NCBI GenBank assembly: GCA_903872185.1
Contig: CAIQJL010000375.1
Location: 1 to 61,359 of the forward strand
Direction: 5' to 3'
Length of the DNA: 61,359 bases
Origin: an uncultured Bacteroidota bacterium
GTDB taxonomy: Bacteria; Bacteroidota; Bacteroidia; Bacteroidales; GWA2-32-17
Below, piece after piece: positions 1 through 10,166 of this stretch (positions are counted from its first letter, which is position 1; the number at the start of each line of letters is the position of its first letter). The position numbers and the translations under genes were made by a program. The notes under the pieces are model-generated. The model worked only from the letters and a program-made list of their open reading frames with translations, did not search any database and was not told the origin of the DNA.

Positions 1-16
1 AAATTTCTAAAGCCAT
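1..16 (-). CDS. 5' end (MALEI...) of a gene running off the window, possibly a RelE/ParE-type toxin
   Basis: ATG at 16 overlaps the last codons of the upstream 80-aa ORF (ATGGCTTTAG). Only 5 codons are visible; the identity is inferred from layout. Confidence 0.35.
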
Positions 17-249
17 TTTTTATGCTTTTTTGAAACTTCTGAATGTTTGATTAAGTTTTCGTCATTATGGCTTTCTTTTTCAATAAGAATTAATTCTTCT
101 TGTTCTTCTTTAGTCAACCTAGACCACAATTGATTATTTTTAGCTTCTTTTGCCTTTAAAAGCAATTCATAAAATTTATATAAAACGCTCTCGTTGTTGA
201 AAGTATCTATTAATTTATGAAAATTAGTTTTTAGTTCTATCGTGCTCAT
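7..249 (-). CDS. Small charged helical protein, putative type II antitoxin
   Basis: 80 aa with a ...LTKEEQEEL...HSEV..KW pattern like Bacteroidota addiction-module antitoxins. It has its own TAAATTTG promoter and is coupled to a downstream ATG. Confidence 0.5.
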   Translation of the reverse strand: MSTIELKTNFHKLIDTFNNESVLYKFYELLLKAKEAKNNQLWSRLTKEEQEELILIEKESHNDENLIKHSEVSKKHKKWL

Positions 250-264
250 AATAGTTATTTTTTA

Positions 265-272
265 CAAATTTA
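265..272 (-). promoter_or_regulatory. Bacteroidota sigma-A -7 element (TAAATTTG)
   Basis: Matches TAnnTTTG, 15 nt upstream of the ATG at 249. Confidence 0.5.
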
Positions 273-392
273 ATGAATTTAATAGCTTTTTGCAATTATT
301 TTTTAAGTGTCAAAATGAAAGTACTTTAATGAAGGTTTTCTTTCCCACTTATATTTGCTAACTAGTAACTATGTATAATTACATCATCAAAA

Positions 393-1004
393 TTACTTTA
401 TCAAAAAATCCATCATTTTTTTATCTTCAATAAAAGCTTGAAGTCTGTCGCCAATTTTAACCGGACCAACACCAGAAGGAGTTCCTGTATAAATTAGATC
501 ACCTGTTTTTAATGTAACAAATTGCGATATATATTCAATTACAGAGTCTATATGAAAAATCATATCTGAAGTATTTCCTTTTTGCACTACCTCATCATTT
601 TTTAATAACGAAAAATTCAAATTTTCTAAATTTTTAATATCTGCTTTAGGAATAAAACGAGATATGGCTGCAGAATTATCAAATGCTTTACTTATTTCCC
701 AAGGCAAACCTTTGGTTCTGCATTTTTCTTGCAGGTCGCGGGCAGTAAAATCGATTCCAATAGCAATACTATCGTAATATCTATGAGCAAACTTTTTAGA
801 TATTGATTTTCCAACTTTATTAATTTTAAAAACTATTTCGACTTCGTAATGTAAGTTTTTAGAAAAAGAAGGGATAAAAAAAGGCTTGTTGTTACGTAAC
901 AATGCACAATCGGGCTTAAAAAATATTATAGGCTCAGTTGGAACTTCATTCTTAAGTTCTTTGGCATGTTCGGTGTAATTACGACCTACACAAATAATTT
1001 TCAT
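393..1004 (-). CDS. Fumarylacetoacetate hydrolase family protein
   Basis: KIICVGRNY..H, HYEVE, DFTARDLQ, W..SKAFD, TLKTGDLIYTGTPSGVG motifs. Confidence 0.93.
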   Translation of the reverse strand: MKIICVGRNYTEHAKELKNEVPTEPIIFFKPDCALLRNNKPFFIPSFSKNLHYEVEIVFKINKVGKSISKKFAHRYYDSIAIGIDFTARDLQEKCRTKGLPWEISKAFDNSAAISRFIPKADIKNLENLNFSLLKNDEVVQKGNTSDMIFHIDSVIEYISQFVTLKTGDLIYTGTPSGVGPVKIGDRLQAFIEDKKMMDFLIK

Positions 1005-1008
1005 AGTA

Positions 1009-1776
1009 TTATTTACTTTTCATTCTTAATTTAATCTCTGTTAAAACCTTTTTTGTATAAAGGGGAAACTGACTATTTAACATCCAGCTATAATAACCCG
1101 GATCTTTAACAAAAACATCTTCTACAGCCATGCCTTTGTACTTTCCAAAATTAAAAACTTCAACATCTTTATCGTTATAAATAATTTGTCCTGCCAAATC
1201 AACAGTTCTGTTTTGCGATGAAAACTCGCTAAGTTCAGGAATAGTTTTAGGCATATCAGGATACACGTCAAACTGAGCTTTTAGAATCTCATATGTAGCA
1301 AGAGTGTCTGCCTTTGAGCTATGGGCGTCAATCAATTCTTTTTTGCAATAGAACTTATATGCAGCAGCTAAATTTCGTTGTTCCATTTTATGAAAAATAA
1401 CTTGGACATCAACAAATTTTCTATTACGCATATCAAAATCAACTTCCGCACGAAGGAATTCTTCAGCCAACAATGGGATATCAAATTTATTAGAATTAAA
1501 TCCAGCTATATCAGCACCTTCAAAAACCGAAGCCACATTTTTTGCAATTTCTTTAAACGTTGGCTTATCTTTTACATCTTCATCAGATATACCATGAATA
1601 TCTGAAGCAAACTTAGGAATTGGGATTGTTGGATTAACAAGAAATGTTTTTTCAGTTTCTTTTCCATTAGTTTCAATTCTAATAAGTGTTAATTCAACTA
1701 TTCTATCCGTTGTTATATTTATGCCAGTGGTTTCCAAATCGAAAATAACCATTGGACGTTTTAAACTTAATTCCAT
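1009..1776 (-). CDS. DEDDh 3'-5' exonuclease (DNA polymerase III epsilon-like)
   Basis: FDLETTG, GFNSNKFD, AHSSKAD, C-terminal FNFGKYKG. Confidence 0.9.
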   Translation of the reverse strand: MELSLKRPMVIFDLETTGINITTDRIVELTLIRIETNGKETEKTFLVNPTIPIPKFASDIHGISDEDVKDKPTFKEIAKNVASVFEGADIAGFNSNKFDIPLLAEEFLRAEVDFDMRNRKFVDVQVIFHKMEQRNLAAAYKFYCKKELIDAHSSKADTLATYEILKAQFDVYPDMPKTIPELSEFSSQNRTVDLAGQIIYNDKDVEVFNFGKYKGMAVEDVFVKDPGYYSWMLNSQFPLYTKKVLTEIKLRMKSK

Positions 1777-1784
1777 TAAATTCT

Positions 1785-3347
1785 TTATTTTTTCTTAAGG
1801 TAAATATTTCTGGGCACTAAAACTTGCAAAGGTTGTTCATCTCTAATAAGTATCTCTTTTTCATATTTAATATACGCCTTACCAACAATTTCTAAATTCC
1901 AGTCCCCTGGCGGTAAAGCTATAGTATATTTGCCATTTCTGCTAGGTTGGTAAGTTGCAAAAACATCATTATTTTTCTCTTTGTTATAAACCTTAATAGT
2001 TAAAATAGAATCTACTTTATTAAATGGAACAGCGGTTAATGAATCTCCTACAAATATTTTTCCAGTGTAAATAATATTTGTTTTTGGGATATCATTAAAT
2101 ATTACTCTGTAAATATCAAGCCCACCTAATCCAGTTGCCTCTAATTTACTAATATAACCATACCTTGCATTTGATGTTAAAGCAAGATTAAAGTTGTCAT
2201 ATGTATCATTAATTGGATACCCTAAATTTTTAGGCTCTGCCCATTTGTCTTCAATTAATCGACTTCTAAAAACATCATACCCACCCATTGAGTTATGGCC
2301 AGTTGAAGAAAAATATAATGTTGTTCCTTCTGCAGTTATATATGGGTAATTTTCGTCATTTACAGAATTAACTGGTTCGCCAAGATTAAAAGGAATACCC
2401 CAAGTTCCATCAGGTAATTTAATTGAGTAATAAATATCAAAACCACCTAAGCCACCTGGTCTATCGCTTGAAAAAAATAAAGTATCACCTGTTTGCGAAA
2501 CTGACGCACCAGCTTCTCCGAATTTTGAGTTAATATTTTTTCCAATATCGGCCAGCTCGTTATAACTTCCAGATTTATTTTTTTGAGAAAAATAAATTTC
2601 ATTTGGAGCGCTTAACCTATCAACATGAGCTAATATAAGAGAACCATCTTTATTTATACCTACAGCCTCAGCATTTTCATCAGTATTAATTTTAGAGCTA
2701 ATTGATTTTGCTTTTTGCCAAGAACCATCAATTTTATTACTTGTGTATACACCACGAATAAACTGCTGATATTCGTTATTGTATTTTCGTGCTGATGAAA
2801 AAACCATGAATGTTTCATCCTCAGTTATAAATGGGATATAATCATCTTGTGGAGAATTAACAGCCTCACCTAAATTAACAAAAGTTACTTTAAGTGGTTT
2901 TGAAACTAATGCTTTTGCATTACTACACATTTCCATAAACCTATCTAACTGGGCTAATTGTTCTGAATTTCTTGACTTTAAACCTAAATATTTTTTCGCA
3001 AATTCATTTGCTTTATCAAAATCATGACGATAGAAATATGCCTGTGCTAAATCGAATTGAATCGATTCAAAACTTGAACCTTTTGCACTATCAGCAAACA
3101 AAAGATAAGGAAGAGCATTTACTTTAGCATAATTTGTTTTAAGATAACAAAATCCAACTCTATAATTAACTTTTGGATCATCCTTATACTTTTTTATTAT
3201 TTTGAGATACTGCTTAAGTGCAACTTCATAATTTTCATCTTCAAAATTAGAATCAGCATCACCTAATACTTCTGCTTGTGAATATGAGGAAAAACTCATG
3301 ACTAGTATAAAAAATAATGTTGAGAAGAAGTAAATAATTCGTTTCAT
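1785..3347 (-). CDS. Secreted TPR + PD40 (WD40-like) repeat protein, PorE-like but without OmpA domain
   Basis: Signal peptide; N-terminal TPR helices; repeated NLG..VNS..D..P / LYFSS.GHNSMGGYD motifs; C-terminal beta-sandwich. Confidence 0.8.
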   Translation of the reverse strand: MKRIIYFFSTLFFILVMSFSSYSQAEVLGDADSNFEDENYEVALKQYLKIIKKYKDDPKVNYRVGFCYLKTNYAKVNALPYLLFADSAKGSSFESIQFDLAQAYFYRHDFDKANEFAKKYLGLKSRNSEQLAQLDRFMEMCSNAKALVSKPLKVTFVNLGEAVNSPQDDYIPFITEDETFMVFSSARKYNNEYQQFIRGVYTSNKIDGSWQKAKSISSKINTDENAEAVGINKDGSLILAHVDRLSAPNEIYFSQKNKSGSYNELADIGKNINSKFGEAGASVSQTGDTLFFSSDRPGGLGGFDIYYSIKLPDGTWGIPFNLGEPVNSVNDENYPYITAEGTTLYFSSTGHNSMGGYDVFRSRLIEDKWAEPKNLGYPINDTYDNFNLALTSNARYGYISKLEATGLGGLDIYRVIFNDIPKTNIIYTGKIFVGDSLTAVPFNKVDSILTIKVYNKEKNNDVFATYQPSRNGKYTIALPPGDWNLEIVGKAYIKYEKEILIRDEQPLQVLVPRNIYLKKK

Positions 3348-3371
3348 ATTTTTAAATTATTTAGCAATTTA

Positions 3372-4943
3372 CTATTTTTTTAAAGAAAGAGAAAATATTT
3401 TTTCGGTTTCTGGTTGATACAAATCACGGTCCAAAATTATAATATTTCCATTATATTCATTGTATCCGTGAGCTTGTATTATTAATTTATACTCTCCTAA
3501 AGGTAAGGCAGCAATAAAACGACCGAGACGGTTATTGTAAATATATTTACCAAATAGATTTTGCTTTAAATCATAAACTGAAATATCCAATTCTGCATTT
3601 TCTGAATTCCAATCTTCATTACCTTTTTCAGTTGCAACAACAATTTTACCTTTAACAACAGTCAATAATTCATCATTATCTTTAAATGTAACTCTGTATA
3701 TATCCTGACCACCCATACCTTCTTTTCTTATTGAAGAAACATATCCATAACGCCTATTTGATGAAAAGGAAATAGTTAAATCATCACCTGGTGTATTTAT
3801 TGGATACCCAAGATTTGTTGGCTTAGTCCATTCGCCAGTAATTTCATTTAAAAAAGTCACGAATAAATCATACCCACCCATACTATTGTGCCCTTTACTT
3901 GCAAAATATAAAGTTTTACCATCAGGAGAAATATTTGGGCAAGTTTCATCGTAAATCGTATTAATAACATCTCCTAAATTTTTTAAAGGACCCCATGTTC
4001 CATTTGGTAATTTTTTAACAACATAAATATCACTTTTACCTTTTCCTTCTTTATTTTCCTGAGAAATATACACAGTGTTATTATCTGATGAAATACATGC
4101 ACCATTAGATGATTTTATGGCTATTGGATGAAACCAATCATTAGCAGTTTCAAACTTAAATAATTTACTTTTTAGCAATGCCATATCTACTTCGCTATAC
4201 GATTTCTGAAAACTACCGCAAACAAAAAGTTTTTTACCATCATTACTTAAACCAACTGTTCTTTCGTTATCATTTGTATTAATGTATTGTAAAGGTTTTG
4301 AGAAGCTCCAGCTGTTTTTTTCAGGGTAACTTATATAAATATTCTGATCAAACATTTTTGTTCCTTCATCAAACTTTTTATCTGAAGTATAAACCAAAAA
4401 CTCTTCATTTTTTGGCACAAAAGGATTATAATCATTAGATGAAGAATTAATATTTGGGCCTAAATTATCAAAAGAAACGTTTACTGGTTTATTCATTAGC
4501 ACGATTGCAGACTCACACATCTCAACGTATCTCTTAGATTCTGTAATTTGTTCTTGTTTTAAATCAGGTGTTGTAATAAAAGTATTAAACATATCTATGG
4601 CATCCGTAAAAAGATATTGAGACATATATGTCATAGCAATCCAATAACTTACATCAGTTGGTGCTTTAGAATTTCCCATTAATGGTTCAAGTGCTTTTAA
4701 GGACTTAGTATTATCTAATCCAGCCATATAATTAGCAACGCCAAATCTATAACAATATACAGCATTATTTGGCATTAGGTTAATTAACCTTTCATATGAA
4801 GCTGCTGCTAATTTATAATTATTATTCTGCCAATCTTTTTCCGCTTGTTTATCTAAATCAGTACCTACTAAAACATTTGGCTGAGTATTTCCAACAAAAG
4901 TTAAAATAACAAGACCAAATAATAACAAGATAGTTGATTTCAT
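3372..4943 (-). CDS. Secreted TPR + PD40 repeat protein, tandem paralog of 1785-3347, no OmpA domain
   Basis: Same architecture; shares GHNSMGGYD and NLGYPIN motifs with its neighbour. Confidence 0.8.
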   Translation of the reverse strand: MKSTILLLFGLVILTFVGNTQPNVLVGTDLDKQAEKDWQNNNYKLAAASYERLINLMPNNAVYCYRFGVANYMAGLDNTKSLKALEPLMGNSKAPTDVSYWIAMTYMSQYLFTDAIDMFNTFITTPDLKQEQITESKRYVEMCESAIVLMNKPVNVSFDNLGPNINSSSNDYNPFVPKNEEFLVYTSDKKFDEGTKMFDQNIYISYPEKNSWSFSKPLQYINTNDNERTVGLSNDGKKLFVCGSFQKSYSEVDMALLKSKLFKFETANDWFHPIAIKSSNGACISSDNNTVYISQENKEGKGKSDIYVVKKLPNGTWGPLKNLGDVINTIYDETCPNISPDGKTLYFASKGHNSMGGYDLFVTFLNEITGEWTKPTNLGYPINTPGDDLTISFSSNRRYGYVSSIRKEGMGGQDIYRVTFKDNDELLTVVKGKIVVATEKGNEDWNSENAELDISVYDLKQNLFGKYIYNNRLGRFIAALPLGEYKLIIQAHGYNEYNGNIIILDRDLYQPETEKIFSLSLKK

Positions 4944-4955
4944 AGTCTTAATATT

Positions 4956-4986
4956 AAAAAAAAAGGAAACCTTAACGGTTTCCTTT
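4956..4986 (-). terminator. Rho-independent terminator after dnaN
   Basis: AAAGGAAACC-ttaac-GGTTTCCTTT hairpin followed by a T run on the - strand. Confidence 0.75.
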
Positions 4987-5005
4987 AATATATTTAAAAT
5001 TCAGA

Positions 5006-6142
5006 TTAAATACTTTCATTTAACATCATTGGCATAAGCAACATTAAAACCTCTTCATCTTTATTATCAACTTCTGATGGAAGAATAATTCCTGCACGAG
5101 TAGGATCGGATAATTCAAATCGAACTTCATTTGCAGAAAGATTTAACAATATTTCCATTAGAAATACCGATTTAAAACCAATTTCCATTGTATCACCTTC
5201 AAAATTACAAGAAATTCTTTCTACAGCTGAAATTGCAAAATCAATATCCTGAGCAGAAATAGTAAGCTGATTACCTGTAATTTGCAATCTAACTAAATTT
5301 GTAGCCTGATTTGAAAAAACGCTTACACGTTTTAAACTGTTGATTAACTCAACTCTATCTACAGTTAATTTATTAGGATTATCAACTGGAATAACAGAAT
5401 TATATGCAGGATAATTACCATCAACAAGACGACAGATTAATTTATTTGTACCGATAGTAAAGAATGCATTTTTATCATCAAACTCTAAAACTATATCGTT
5501 AGTTCCTTTAATTAATAAATTTTTAAGTAATGAAGCTGGTTTTTTAGGAAGAATAAAAGATGAAGCAACATCAGTTTTAACATCAAATCTTTTATATCTA
5601 ACTAATTTATGAGCATCAGATGCAACAAAGCGCATTTCCTCAGCAGAGATTTCAATAAAAACACCATTCATTACAGGACGCAACTCATCATCAGCTGTAG
5701 CAAACAAAGTTTTATTTATTCCATTTAAAACCAAATCAGTTTTTAAGGTAATTTCTGACCCTTTTGCTTTCTTAAACGTTGGCAACTTTGGGAAATCATT
5801 ACCATCCTGACCAATTAACGAAAACTTACCATTTTGTGATAAAACATCTACATTAAAAGTTTCAGTATTAATATTAAATGTAAGTGGCTGTTCTGCAAAT
5901 TCTTTTAATATGTCAAGTAAACGTTTTGCTTCAATTGCAATAACTCCTTCTCCTTCAACATTTGACAATTCCAAACCAGTTATTAGCGTTGATTCAAGAT
6001 CAGATGCAGTAACTTTTAAGTTTTTACCATCAACATTAAACAAAAAATTATCAAGAATAGGCAAAGAATTTTTTGAACTAATAACTTGCTTAATCGACTG
6101 CAAATGAGCAAATAACTCCGAACTAGATATTACAAAATTCAT
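5006..6142 (-). CDS. dnaN: DNA polymerase III beta sliding clamp
   Basis: LPILDNFLF, ASDLE, DELRPVMNG, ASDAHKL, C-terminal LLMPM. Confidence 0.97.
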   Translation of the reverse strand: MNFVISSSELFAHLQSIKQVISSKNSLPILDNFLFNVDGKNLKVTASDLESTLITGLELSNVEGEGVIAIEAKRLLDILKEFAEQPLTFNINTETFNVDVLSQNGKFSLIGQDGNDFPKLPTFKKAKGSEITLKTDLVLNGINKTLFATADDELRPVMNGVFIEISAEEMRFVASDAHKLVRYKRFDVKTDVASSFILPKKPASLLKNLLIKGTNDIVLEFDDKNAFFTIGTNKLICRLVDGNYPAYNSVIPVDNPNKLTVDRVELINSLKRVSVFSNQATNLVRLQITGNQLTISAQDIDFAISAVERISCNFEGDTMEIGFKSVFLMEILLNLSANEVRFELSDPTRAGIILPSEVDNKDEEVLMLLMPMMLNESI

Positions 6143-6243
6143 TTCTTTTTATTTTATTTTAATTGTACCAAAATTAATAATTGTAAAGATAACAAAGGCT
6201 ATAATTGCCATTAAATATTAACATTGAATTTATTTTATCAACA

Positions 6244-7254
6244 TTAAGACGGTGATTTTTGGAAAAAATAAGATATTTCTTTCATTAATGGATCAAACAC
6301 AAAATACTGACAAACTACAACTTGCTTGTCACCTTTTAAAACTCCATACATTGCATTTGGATCGTTAGGAATTGTTTTTCCATCCTCACCTACTGATCTC
6401 GAAAAATTTGGTCGGGTATATAATTTCAATGTATTAACCTCACCATTTCTGTCAGTAATAGAGATAACTGCTAATGGTTTTACCCTTATTAAAGAATCTA
6501 AACGACTCTGTGAGAAAAAATTACTTACATAAGATTCACATCTAACTTTTTTAAAACTTCCTATAAATTCCTTAACAACTAACGGGTTAAATGCAGAAAT
6601 CTCTTTTTTGTTAATATCTTGTATTCTAAAAACATTATCACCATCATTATAAACGGTAAATGCCTTGTCAGGTGCGACTTGTAAATTAACTGATATAGAT
6701 GCTATATTTTTAAATGAATACAAAAATATTGAATTATCGCGCCATAAACTTTCATCAACAAAATACCTTGTAGAAAGATAGCCAACGAAACCAGATTTAT
6801 GAGTAATAAAAGGCATTGAAGATTTATCTAAAATCATATAAGTTCCTGCCTGATCAGAAGTAGATTCTCCAACGTAATAGACTTTAGCCAAAGTTTCTCC
6901 TTTATATATTTCAACCTTTACTGACTTTGTAGCTAATCGCTTAATAACATTATCAAACGCTTTTTTAGACACATAATTTTTAACCTCAACACTTGCAATT
7001 GTTTCGAGTAAAAGTCCTATTGCATCTGGGCGGGCAATATACTTATTATTTAGTTTCCAATAACCATTTTCGCGAGTAAGAAGAACTTGATTATTTTTTT
7101 TATCAACCATAAATATTTTAGTAACCGAAGCAGTATCTTTTACTGCAAAATCACTTAACTCCTTTTTAACCGTTCCGTTATCTCTTGTAAAATAGACTAT
7201 TGCAGCAACTATTACAAAAATTAATAATATAATTAACACTAACTTGTTCTTCAT
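6244..7254 (-). CDS. Membrane-anchored DUF4340-like protein associated with Gld ABC genes
   Basis: Single N-terminal TM; L....GYW.LN motif; directly downstream of gldG. Confidence 0.6.
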   Translation of the reverse strand: MKNKLVLIILLIFVIVAAIVYFTRDNGTVKKELSDFAVKDTASVTKIFMVDKKNNQVLLTRENGYWKLNNKYIARPDAIGLLLETIASVEVKNYVSKKAFDNVIKRLATKSVKVEIYKGETLAKVYYVGESTSDQAGTYMILDKSSMPFITHKSGFVGYLSTRYFVDESLWRDNSIFLYSFKNIASISVNLQVAPDKAFTVYNDGDNVFRIQDINKKEISAFNPLVVKEFIGSFKKVRCESYVSNFFSQSRLDSLIRVKPLAVISITDRNGEVNTLKLYTRPNFSRSVGEDGKTIPNDPNAMYGVLKGDKQVVVCQYFVFDPLMKEISYFFQKSPS

Positions 7255-7256
7255 TA

Positions 7257-9017
7257 TTATGCGGTAGTTTTTGTGTATTTACGTTTTCTTAATATAGTAA
7301 TAACAACACCTAAAATTATAATTAAAATTATTGGGAATATTGTATTAACAACTTGCCATAATGTGCGATCATCTTCAATTTTAGTTTTATTTAATAATCT
7401 TAATTTAATCTCACGAGTTCGAAGATTCATAAATCCTGATTCATCAAGCATGTAATTAATAACATTAAGCATGAATTCTTTATTTCCAAAAGTATCGCCA
7501 GTGTAACGATCAAACCCCAAAGGATATGGATTAGAGGTAAATCCGATTTTTTTAACCTGATTTCTAATCAAATCACCATCACCGATAACTGCCATTTTTG
7601 TAGGAATTCCCTGATTTTTAAATACCATTTCGCGACTATCGGTAATTTCAGGTGCAAGTCTGTTATTAAAGACACTAGAAAATTTTCCTTCTAACAAAAC
7701 AGCAACTGGTAAAAACGATTTGGCAAAATCGGCTGGATTAAGCTTTACCCTTACTAATTCCCATCCAATACGAACAGGAGCGTTCATAACTCTTGAATAT
7801 TGTGACGATGTTAATAAAACTGTTTTTTTAACAGTGGGATCTTCACCAACAAAATCTACAGTATTAACAAATAATCCTTTAACAAGATTAATATTTCTTC
7901 CGATAGGATGTGAAGATTGAGGTTGAAGTAGAGGAAAATAAATCCATGGTTTTGGATCAAACTTAGGCTTAGCCCCAGCAACTGCAGTATTAAGTGGGAT
8001 TACAGCAGATTGCACATCTTGAATTAAATTCGGATTTACACGAACTCCATAATGAAATAGTTGGTCATTTATATTTAATTCTCTAATGGTAGCTAAATAT
8101 GGAAGGCTATCAATTTCGGCATTTACCTGATCAAGCATCCAAATAACTTTACCTCCTAACATTATAAATTGATCGATTAAATATTTATCCTGTTCTTTAA
8201 AAACTGAATCAGGCTTTGCTATAATAATCATATCAAATTTGTTATGAACACGAACTCCAGAAGAATCTTCAATACGTTCTGACAATGCATTTACTTTTCC
8301 ATCAATCTTAACTCTATCAACAGTATAATATTCTGATAAAGATGTTGAAATATCTTCAACTTCGGGAGCTTCAAGTTCTCCATGTCCATATATAAATGCT
8401 ATTTTTTGCCCAAACTCATTTTTTAGTTTTCTGACAGCACTCATAATCGAAAACTCAATTTCTTCTATAGATCCATTTATATTTTGTTCTTCGCTTTGAT
8501 TAAGACTTCCCGTTAAAAAATTTACAGGTGCTTCAACATTTTTATATGAAACTAATGCGCCTGGGAAAATAACTTTTTGTGATTCGGTACCTTCTTTGTC
8601 CTTTTCCTGCAAGTTTATTGGCGTTAATCTTTTGTTATAAAGTTCACGATAAACTTCATTTCTATCTTTCACATCAGAGTTATCAGAAGGATTAATAAAC
8701 TCATATTGCACATTATCGCCACCATATACTCTAAATTCATCAAGCATTTCTTTAACACCGTTCTGAAGTCTTTTATATCCTATTGGTAAATCACCTGTTA
8801 AATATACCTTAACATAAATTACATCTTCGAGTTCTTTAAGCATTTTAACAGAAGATGGAGCAAGAGTATAACGCTTTTCAGTAGTTAAATCGAGGCGGGT
8901 AAAGAAAAATGATGAAATATAATTAGCCAAAACAATAATGACTATAATCATTGCCAAATCAGTAAAAGTCTTCCTTTTAAAAGATTTTCTGTTTTTATTT
9001 TTTCCTGTTACTTCCAT
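7257..9017 (-). CDS. gldG: Gliding motility-associated ABC transporter auxiliary protein GldG
   Basis: RLDLTTEKRYTL, GHGEL, IDQFIMLGGK, GDGD, NKEFMLNVINYM; N- and C-terminal TMs; follows gldF. Confidence 0.93.
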   Translation of the reverse strand: MEVTGKNKNRKSFKRKTFTDLAMIIVIIVLANYISSFFFTRLDLTTEKRYTLAPSSVKMLKELEDVIYVKVYLTGDLPIGYKRLQNGVKEMLDEFRVYGGDNVQYEFINPSDNSDVKDRNEVYRELYNKRLTPINLQEKDKEGTESQKVIFPGALVSYKNVEAPVNFLTGSLNQSEEQNINGSIEEIEFSIMSAVRKLKNEFGQKIAFIYGHGELEAPEVEDISTSLSEYYTVDRVKIDGKVNALSERIEDSSGVRVHNKFDMIIIAKPDSVFKEQDKYLIDQFIMLGGKVIWMLDQVNAEIDSLPYLATIRELNINDQLFHYGVRVNPNLIQDVQSAVIPLNTAVAGAKPKFDPKPWIYFPLLQPQSSHPIGRNINLVKGLFVNTVDFVGEDPTVKKTVLLTSSQYSRVMNAPVRIGWELVRVKLNPADFAKSFLPVAVLLEGKFSSVFNNRLAPEITDSREMVFKNQGIPTKMAVIGDGDLIRNQVKKIGFTSNPYPLGFDRYTGDTFGNKEFMLNVINYMLDESGFMNLRTREIKLRLLNKTKIEDDRTLWQVVNTIFPIILIIILGVVITILRKRKYTKTTA

Positions 9018-9742
9018 TTTCTGCTTGTTAAAACGGTTTTTGAAAAGAACAAGAAAACTGCAATAATACTGATGAAATAAACAATATCCCGCGAATCAAC
9101 AACACCACGACTAATTGAACGATAATGATCATTGATACCAAGACTGACAACTATTGAATCAAAGCTTTTTAAAATAGGAAGAGATGAAATCGCATCAAAA
9201 CCGAAATAAAAAATAAAACAGAAAACCATGGATAATATAAATGCCACTATTTGATTATCAGTAATTGATGAAGCCAATAAACCTATTGAAACATAAATAC
9301 CTGCGAGAAAAAACAATCCAATATAAGATCCCATTATGCCACCTGAATCTAAATTCCCAATTGGGCTTCCTAAAAGATAAACGCTTATGTAATAAGTTAC
9401 TGTAGGTAACAAAGAAAGAAAAACAAGAAAAAGGCCAGAAAGAAATTTTGCAAAAACGATAGTAAAATCAGATAATGGTCTTGTTAGAAGTAATTCCATA
9501 GTACCTGTTTTCTTTTCTTCACTAAATAGTCGCATTGTTACAGCAGGTACAAGAAATAAAAACACCCATGGAGAAATAACAAATAATGTATCAAGGTTTG
9601 CATATCCCCCATCAAGAATATTAAATCCACCAGGGAATATCCACATAAACATGCTATTTATCAGCAAAAAAACAACAATTACAATATATCCGGTAATTGA
9701 TGAAAAAAAGTTTCCTATTTCTTTCCTGAAGAGTACAATCAC
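9008..9742 (-). CDS. gldF: Gliding motility-associated ABC transporter permease GldF (GTG start)
   Basis: PAVTMRLFSEEKKTGTMELLLTRP, DNQIVAF, RGVVDSRDIVYF. Confidence 0.95.
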   Translation of the reverse strand: MIVLFRKEIGNFFSSITGYIVIVVFLLINSMFMWIFPGGFNILDGGYANLDTLFVISPWVFLFLVPAVTMRLFSEEKKTGTMELLLTRPLSDFTIVFAKFLSGLFLVFLSLLPTVTYYISVYLLGSPIGNLDSGGIMGSYIGLFFLAGIYVSIGLLASSITDNQIVAFILSMVFCFIFYFGFDAISSLPILKSFDSIVVSLGINDHYRSISRGVVDSRDIVYFISIIAVFLFFSKTVLTSRKWK

Positions 9743-10166
9743 AACAATAAATATTTATTAAAACGTGTAAAAATAATGCAATTTTTTGCCAATGCGAAAC
9801 ATCAAAATTCTTATTTATTACTTACAAAAAGCGACCTATTCGTAACCACAGCAGTTCAATCAGTTACGTTAATTAAACAAAATTCAATAGCTGTTAAAGA
9901 AAGTTAAGTGGTTTAAAATTTTGAATATAGAACCAGTTTTAATTAAATCAAACAATAAGTAATAATACCTATATATAAATACTAATTAGTACTGTTTTAA
10001 AAAATATCACTATATAGTATTTTTGCTTTTTAAAAGCAAATGCTAAAAAGCTATACTAACCAGTCATTATTAAATTGCATTTTAAGTTTATTTCCTTATT
10101 AAATGACATTAACATTTACCAACTCATTATTTATATTTTATATATAGTATAAATTTATAGTATAGT

